A stretch of 52,581 nucleotides of DNA from Bryobacteraceae bacterium (GTDB taxonomy: Bacteria > Acidobacteriota > Terriglobia > Bryobacterales > Bryobacteraceae): assembly GCA_035631275.1 (NCBI GenBank), contig DASQJA010000083.1, positions 1 to 52,581 on the forward strand. Direction: 5' to 3'. The notes under the pieces were generated by a model, which made no database searches, was not told the DNA's origin, and was given only the letters and a program-made list of their open reading frames with translations. The translations under genes and the position numbers were made by a program. This document shows positions 47,784-52,581 of this stretch, piece by piece. Positions within the stretch are counted from its first letter, which is position 1. Every line of letters begins with the position of its first letter.

Positions 47784-48053
47784 CTATGGGTGTGTTCGTA
47801 GTCGGATCCATCGTAGTTTCGCGGGTGTCAGGCGTTGGTGAGGGTCCAAATCGCCTTCGCGTGTGCTGGTGACGTCTATGAGGTTGCGGGTTCGTAGGTC
47901 GCCGAGGATGGCTTTCGCATCGTCGGTCGAGCATCCGAGAATGTTGCCGATGGCGATGACAGCTTCTGCGTGCAGGGCGTGATCGTTCTCCAGCCAACCA
48001 AGGTTGACGAGCGCATCACACAGGCGTTCTTCCTGGTCAGGAGACACCGCCAA
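47784..48053 (-). CDS. small hypothetical protein (possibly helix-turn-helix-like)
   Basis: 89-aa ORF with a protein-like N-terminal 65 aa (…LCDALVNLGWLENDHALHAEAVIAIGNILGCSTDDAKAILGDLRTRNLIDV). The Arg-rich tail is suspicious. An alternative frame ends ...TRAKAIWTLTNA* at 47828. Confidence 0.35.
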   Translation of the reverse strand: MAVSPDQEERLCDALVNLGWLENDHALHAEAVIAIGNILGCSTDDAKAILGDLRTRNLIDVTSTREGDLDPHQRLTPAKLRWIRLRTHP

Positions 48054-48266
48054 AAGTATAACAACCCCCTCTGCGTTCCCGATGCCGAGCGCACTGCGCG
48101 AGCTCCTGGTATTGGATGGGGAAGTGACTATTTGAGTTTGTTTATGCCTTAGGTGCCTCCCCGGTTCGTCGGCTCCATCGAGGGGGTGTCAAGGAATTCT
48201 GAGCAAGTCCCAGCGCGAGGGACGGAGCGATTTCTCGCAAAACGTCGCCGGCTCGAACCGCATACA

Positions 48267-48569
48267 ATGGCCACGTGAAGCCAGAACTCCTAGCACGCGC
48301 GTCACACTCAAAGCGATTCACGACGAACTCCAGCGGCTCGGAAATGATGTGCGCTGGAGAAAGGAGACGGGTATTTCTTCTTCTGGTCCGGTGAAGCGAA
48401 TGACTGGCTGGACAAGACGGTCAACGTGCCAACACTGAGCAGTCTCACATTGGAGCAGTGGGTAGAGGAATTCAACAGTCTGAAGAAGCTGAATCACCAA
48501 ATCCTGCACACGCGGCCGAAGGTAAGCCAGGAATCCGGCCCCAAGCGAACGCGAAAGAGCAAGAGCTGA
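48267..48569 (+). pseudogene. small conserved-looking gene readable only across three frames
   Basis: ATG 48267 gives MAT*. GTG 48275 (frame 2) gives KPELLARASH. Frame 1 gives VTLKAIHDELQRLGNDVR. Frame 0 from 48354 gives LEKGDGYFFFWSGEANDWLDKTVNVPTLSSLTLEQWVEEFNSLKKLNHQIL...KSKS* (72 open codons without a start). Restoring one C at about 48353 joins the last two segments. Confidence 0.45.
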
Positions 48570-48719
48570 TTGAGCTTCAACGCACCGATTTGCTGGACTA
48601 TCCCTTGAGTCACAGGCCACGTTATGCAAGCCTGGGCGTCGAGACCTGTAAGCGGCACATTATCGGCTTTCGCTTCGCCGAGTTCGCCAGAGGTGCCGTA
48701 GAGTGGAAGAGAGTATTTC

Positions 48720-49475
48720 ATGAGAACAAAGCTTTTCCGTGCTTGCGTCACCATGATCGCCGCACTCGCGATTGCGTCCTTACTGACAATTTCCGTAGTC
48801 GCTCAGAGCGTAGATGATCCCCCTACGCCCACTTCCGGACTGCATAGTCTAAGTTTGCAGCGTGCCGACGCACCCGAGAGCCACTACTCGATCCTGATTC
48901 CACGTGGTTATTCCGTCTCCAAACCAGTCCCTCTCGTTCTTGCTTTGCACTTCGCAGTTGGTGGTGGGAACGCGGCAGGCGCCGGTCGGGACTTGATTCA
49001 GATCCTCATTGCCCCTGCGCTCGGGGAACTCGGTGCGATCATCATCGCGCCGGATTCGGTGCGAGGCGATTGGAGCAGCCCTGAAAACGAAACCGCAGTG
49101 AACGCGCTACTAGACATGGTCGAAGCGCGCTATTCAGTCGATAAGAAAAGAATTGTGGTCACAGGCTTCAGCATGGGCGGCGCGGGCTCTTGGCATTTTG
49201 GAGAGAAATTCCCGGAACGGTACAGCGCGGTGATACCAGTCGCCGGGAGGCCTCCGGCATCGTCCTCCGGCTGGCGGCTTCCCGTATTAGCGATTCACTC
49301 ACGCGACGACCAGGTCGTACCCTTCGCTCCAACGGAGGCGCGAATCTCGGAACTTCAGAAATTGGGCGTGAACGCGAAAGTCATTGCACTAACCGGCATC
49401 ACGCATTTTGAAACCTACCGGTTCAGAGATGCATTGCGGCAGACGATACCGTGGCTACGAGAGGTTTGGAAATAA
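48720..49475 (+). CDS. secreted alpha/beta-hydrolase (esterase/peptidase S9-like or PHB-depolymerase-like)
   Basis: 251 aa. Signal peptide, nucleophile elbow GFSMGG, an Asp in IHSRDDQVVP, and a His in GITHFE. Confidence 0.75.
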   Translation: MRTKLFRACVTMIAALAIASLLTISVVAQSVDDPPTPTSGLHSLSLQRADAPESHYSILIPRGYSVSKPVPLVLALHFAVGGGNAAGAGRDLIQILIAPALGELGAIIIAPDSVRGDWSSPENETAVNALLDMVEARYSVDKKRIVVTGFSMGGAGSWHFGEKFPERYSAVIPVAGRPPASSSGWRLPVLAIHSRDDQVVPFAPTEARISELQKLGVNAKVIALTGITHFETYRFRDALRQTIPWLREVWK

Positions 49476-49477
49476 CC

Positions 49478-49534
49478 GTCGAAAACTTGCAAGTCGTTCA
49501 TGATCGGTTGTCGCTACTCAATCCGGCGCGGTAA
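49478..49534. repeat. imperfect direct repeat, copy A (pairs with 50385-50441)
   Basis: 57 nt, gtcgaaaacttgcaagtcgttcatgatcggttgtcgctactcaatccggcgcggtaa. 49 of 57 positions are identical to copy B by manual alignment. The minus-strand reading is LPRRIE*RQPIMNDLQVFD. Confidence 0.8.
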
Positions 49535-49540
49535 GGGATT

Positions 49541-49741
49541 CTATGGGTGCGTTGCTATCGGTAGCGGCACGCTAATTGAAGGGAGATTTTGATTTTTCTC
49601 CTGATCGTGTTCAGAAAATCTGCTTTCTTGGCTTGTGGCAGATAGAAGCCAGGGCTCTCCTGGAGTCTCATGCCGGGCGAATCGCAAAAGAAGCGCAAAG
49701 ACGCCGCCGAGAACAATCGCAGCAGGAAACATGTATCGCAC
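49541..49741 (-). CDS. small putative membrane protein (start uncertain)
   Basis: 66-aa ORF with a GTG start. The frame is open further upstream and there encodes a second hydrophobic helix (…GLVGAIFKIGSVLIFLFGIPV-VRYMFPAAIVLGGVFALLL). The nearest ATG (49870 region) is in another frame. No family recognised. Confidence 0.25.
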   Translation of the reverse strand: MRYMFPAAIVLGGVFALLLRFARHETPGEPWLLSATSQESRFSEHDQEKNQNLPSISVPLPIATHP

Positions 49742-50375
49742 AACGGGAATGCCGAAGAGAAATATCAGGACGCTTCCGATTTTGAAAATGGCTCCGACAA
49801 GGCCTTCTCCAACCCGGATCTTCGCACTGTCGATTTGAGGGCGTGAGGCGTCTTCCGCATGTTCCGTCTCCTGGGACTATGCTATATCGCTTTATTCAGC
49901 GCGCGAATCGGTTGGTGCGCTATTCTTGCGGTTTATTTGCAGGGTTAAATCCTGGAAGCTCCAGGGCTGCGCTGTTAATCCGAGTTATAGCCGAGCTGCG
50001 AGCTTCTGTTGAGCTTTCTTCTGCCGTCGGGGCAGTCGGGATTTGTTTTTGGGAGGCAGCTTTCCCTTTTTCAGCGACTTTGTAGACGGCTTGGCTACCG
50101 CGAGCGAGGCCTCGCCTGCTAAGACACTCGCTGCGGACTCTTCCTTTTCTCCTACTTCTTTTTGTTTTGCCAATGAGGGAACCTCCATTCAACTTGAATT
50201 CCTCTGCTCTAAATTTAACCGACTCGTTAGAAAACCGTTTGCGCTTGGGGCTGTACCTGCCGCAAAGCGGAAGGCGAATTCGCCTCCACCCACCGCCACG
50301 TACGCATGAAAATCGCCCTAACCCATGATCCGCCACGGAGCCGTTCTCTGTACGGGGCGGGATATCCTTCGGGAG

Positions 50376-50633
50376 CTAGACGGCGTCGAAGACCTGCAAG
50401 CGGTACATGATCGATTGTCGCTGCTGAATCCGGCGCGGTAAAAATCGAACTCCAAACGGAGCGGCAGCGAGTATTTGGTTGCTTTGGGCTCGTAGCAGAT
50501 GTCTTCCCGAGCAGATCAGGAATTTCAGTACTCCGTCCAACGCAACTGCCTCGAGCATTCCCATTGGTCCGTTTGCCAGTTGATCTTTTACTGGCTCCAC
50601 GAAATCGTCTGGAACATGAATCACAATTTGCAT
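50376..50633 (-). CDS. possible UPF0175-like antitoxin
   Basis: 85 aa with MQIVIHVPDDFVEPVKDQL...GMLEAVALDGVLK..ICSGR...LPRRIQQ.... This is a loose fit to the UPF0175 layout (i.iplpdel...l.ealAle.y..g.iS.g.aAelLg...ef...L..rGI). The last 19 codons are repeat copy B. Confidence 0.35.
   Translation of the reverse strand: MQIVIHVPDDFVEPVKDQLANGPMGMLEAVALDGVLKFLICSGRHLLRAQSNQILAAAPFGVRFLPRRIQQRQSIMYRLQVFDAV
50385..50441. repeat. imperfect direct repeat, copy B (pairs with 49478-49534)
   Basis: 57 nt, gtcgaagacctgcaagcggtacatgatcgattgtcgctgctgaatccggcgcggtaa. It encodes the C-terminus LPRRIQQRQSIMYRLQVFD of the 50376-50633 ORF on the minus strand. Confidence 0.8.
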
Positions 50634-51569
50634 CGATACTCGCGTTTCAAATTTGACGGACCTTGCACAGATTGTAGTACGGGCTTGGATGGCTCACCGC
50701 GTGGGTGCCGGAGGGAGAAGCCTTGTTGATACCTGATGCTGATGTTCATGCCTACGCTTGGGGGTGCCCTGTGTCTGCTTAGCGAATGAAGGTTGAACAG
50801 CTAGAACCTCAGCAAACAGTAGCGAAGCTAGAATAGTCGTCCTCGATCCTTCCTCCTGTCTATCTGATTAGCGCACCGTGTGGGGAGATTCCAGAGAAAT
50901 ACCTCGGTGCTTCCGCAACCCTATTCACTATAAGTCCTACCCTAACGGGATAAGGAAAAAGGAACCTATCGGGAGGTATCTCCTTTCGTGAACCGCCGAC
51001 CTGAGGTTGGCATTGTTTACTCATTGAGAGGTTGGAATTGCGAGGGAGCTTCTGGGTCCGGCGGGTGGCGCTGTTTCTGAGTCCTAAGCCCATTAAATCA
51101 ACCCGGTTGGGAGGGTCTTGAAGGGCCGGCTATTGAGGTTTACCGCATGGATGGCGAGACATCTGGAAGGTGGGGCATTGCCGAGATCAAGTCTTTTCCG
51201 CGTATAGAACAATTGCTAAGCCGATCTTGGAAATGTTGGATACTCCAATACCCTGGTCCCTTTCCCAAAAACTGCCCGCCTAACCTACAAAAGCGACAAA
51301 ATCAGTGAGTATCTTACTCCAGCCGAGAGCGAAGGGTTGGGCACCTACCAATCGTGGCTGAAAAAAAGCGATCTTCCAATAGCAGGAGTCGCGATCCTTC
51401 TGAGTGAACCGAGTCAGACGCGAACTAATCGTGATGCGCCGCCAGTCGATTTAGCAGATCCACGAACGTTTGCATCACGCTCTGGCGGCTTTTAACGGGC
51501 ACTTAAGCGAGCATAGATCGCAGGAAATAATGCATCCGCACTGCACGTTTAGGCATCATCACTCCGCTT

Positions 51570-51782
51570 ATGCCCATCTCCAATATAGTAAGTGCAATGA
51601 TTCAAGAGCGTGACCGGTTGGACGAAGCTATTGAGATCCTGCAAAGCTCTCACTCACACCGCGAAACGGCAAGGCAGGGTGCTGGTGCTAGGCGTGGGAT
51701 GTCCCTCGCATCGCGTAAAGCCCAGTCGCAGCGTATGAAGCTTTTTTGGGCTACGAAACGGAAGGCTGCGAAGAAAGCATAG
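51570..51782 (+). CDS. small basic hypothetical protein
   Basis: 70 aa. An N-terminal helix (IQERDRLDEAIEILQ) and a basic tail (RRGMSLASRKAQSQRMKLFWATKRKAAKKA) resemble widespread small proteins ending in ...RKRIAAAQRARWAK.K. Function unknown. Confidence 0.4.
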   Translation: MPISNIVSAMIQERDRLDEAIEILQSSHSHRETARQGAGARRGMSLASRKAQSQRMKLFWATKRKAAKKA

Positions 51783-52093
51783 CTGTATTCCTGCTCGGGT
51801 CGCGGGTCTGGTGCTGTTCTAGCTGCCAGTATTGGAGCCGCCTCCACGATAATCGAGCGGGAGTAGGCCGCTGGTTGATGCGATTTCCGGATCTTGACCC
51901 CTAAAACCTGCCACAACAGGGAAAGCGTAGTAGCGTCCGAGTGTCCCACAAACATCTGGTGCTGTCGAAAAACTCCACTGAAAAATCGAGCTTGAGCAAT
52001 TCGTAGACGGTCAACGCTGTGACCTTCCGCTGTCGCTGAGCGCCTTTTCATTAAATGCTTTTCGTGGCCATCAAAGGAGGGTCGTTGCTCGTT

Positions 52094-52581
52094 ATGATGG
52101 GTCAACAAATTCGGTCCGAGTCGCTATTCTACTATTTTCGGCTGGAAGATCACGTGCCGGAAAATCACCTGTTACGGTTGATCGACAAGTACGTGGATTT
52201 CAGATTCGTCCGGGAGCGAATGAAGCAACACTATAGCGACACAAGTCGGCCTTCGATCGACCCTGAGTTGCTGTTGCGAATTTTACTCATCGGCTACTTG
52301 TACGGTATCACCAGCGAGCGGCACCTGGTGGAGGAAGTGGGCATGCACCTAGCCTATCGTTAATTCACCGCGTTGGACTTTGATCGGGAAGTGCCACATC
52401 ACTCCAGCGTTTTCCAAAAACCGTCATTGACGTTTTCAGCAAGCCGACCTCTTTCGCGAGCTGTTCGAAGCAATCGGCTCGCTGCATAGAAGTCGGTCTA
52501 GTGAGGGGAAGACATCTATCGGTCGATGGCAAGCAGGTGTTGGCGAAAGCGAGCAACAAAAACAGAGTGAGCCGCGAAGCA
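52094..52581 (+). mobile_element. IS5/IS1182-family transposase gene remnant (nonsense codons and frameshifts; truncated by window end)
   Basis: MMGQQIRSESLFYYFRLEDHVPENHLLRLIDKYVDFRFVRERMKQHYSDTSRPSIDPELLLRILLIGYLYGITSERHLVEEVGMHLAYR is the DUF772-type transposase N-terminus. TAA replaces the expected Trp of the AYRWF motif (52361-52363). The continuation FTALDFDREVPHHS / SKNRH*RFQQADLFRELFEAI / ARCIEVGLVRGRHLSVDGKQVLAKASNKNRVSREA is spread over three frames. Confidence 0.7.

Noticed and set aside
48458-48817. Overlapping ORFs 48458-48817(+), 48494-48754(-) and 48318-48629(-).
   Set aside because: They are mutually exclusive and overlap the three-frame pseudogene and the start of the hydrolase gene. 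No motifs were recognised, and the minus ORF start would overlap the hydrolase ATG head-on. They are treated as chance ORFs in decayed DNA.
51650-52108. 152-aa minus-strand ORF spanning the small basic protein gene and the IS 5' region.
   Set aside because: It is antisense to two better-supported features, and its composition and termini give no support for it. It is likely spurious.
52365-52559. 64-aa minus-strand ORF at the window end.
   Set aside because: It is antisense to the transposase remnant, whose three-frame reading matches the IS5/IS1182 consensus much better.

Overview
High-GC chromosomal window. An Acidobacteriota-like origin is inferred from the gene repertoire: a CarboxypepD_reg-type TonB receptor, a Ser/Thr kinase fused to a TolB-like propeller, and a PEP-CTERM protein. 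From 0 to about 45.5 kb the window is tightly packed with full-length housekeeping and transport genes. These are rfaE2, ppc, recO, a TonB-dependent receptor, a PhyH-family dioxygenase, glyQ-glyS, ppdK, an amidohydrolase, mtaB, two DinB-family genes, a secreted beta-propeller, a Ser/Thr kinase, a marR-mdtABC-like RND efflux locus, a GNAT, an M28 peptidase, ggt, and an LVIVD-repeat/DUF305 pair. Small toxin-antitoxin loci are wedged between them. One looks intact (RHH antitoxin plus MazF/PemK toxin, 4.0-4.6 kb). Three look decayed: a Phd-like antitoxin with a truncated Doc (8.65-8.97 kb), BrnT/BrnA with frame disruptions (9.88-10.40 kb), and a weak HigB-like relic (about 10.55-10.69 kb). The most system-like unexplained cluster is a translationally coupled three-gene export cassette at 21.6-26.8 kb. 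It has a 146-aa HlyD-like mini-adaptor, an ABC half-transporter with an apparently active C39 peptidase domain, and a second ABC half-transporter with a degenerate C39-like domain. No precursor peptide gene is visible nearby. From about 45.6 kb to the window end the sequence becomes visibly more AT-rich and coding density collapses. This stretch contains a PEP-CTERM protein, an alpha/beta hydrolase, several small ORFs, genes readable only across two or three frames, a 57-nt imperfect direct repeat pair, about 0.9 kb with no intact ORF, and a decayed IS5/IS1182-type transposase gene cut by the window edge. I found no rRNA, tRNA or CRISPR array. All family assignments come from reading motifs by eye and recollection of family consensus, not from searches.
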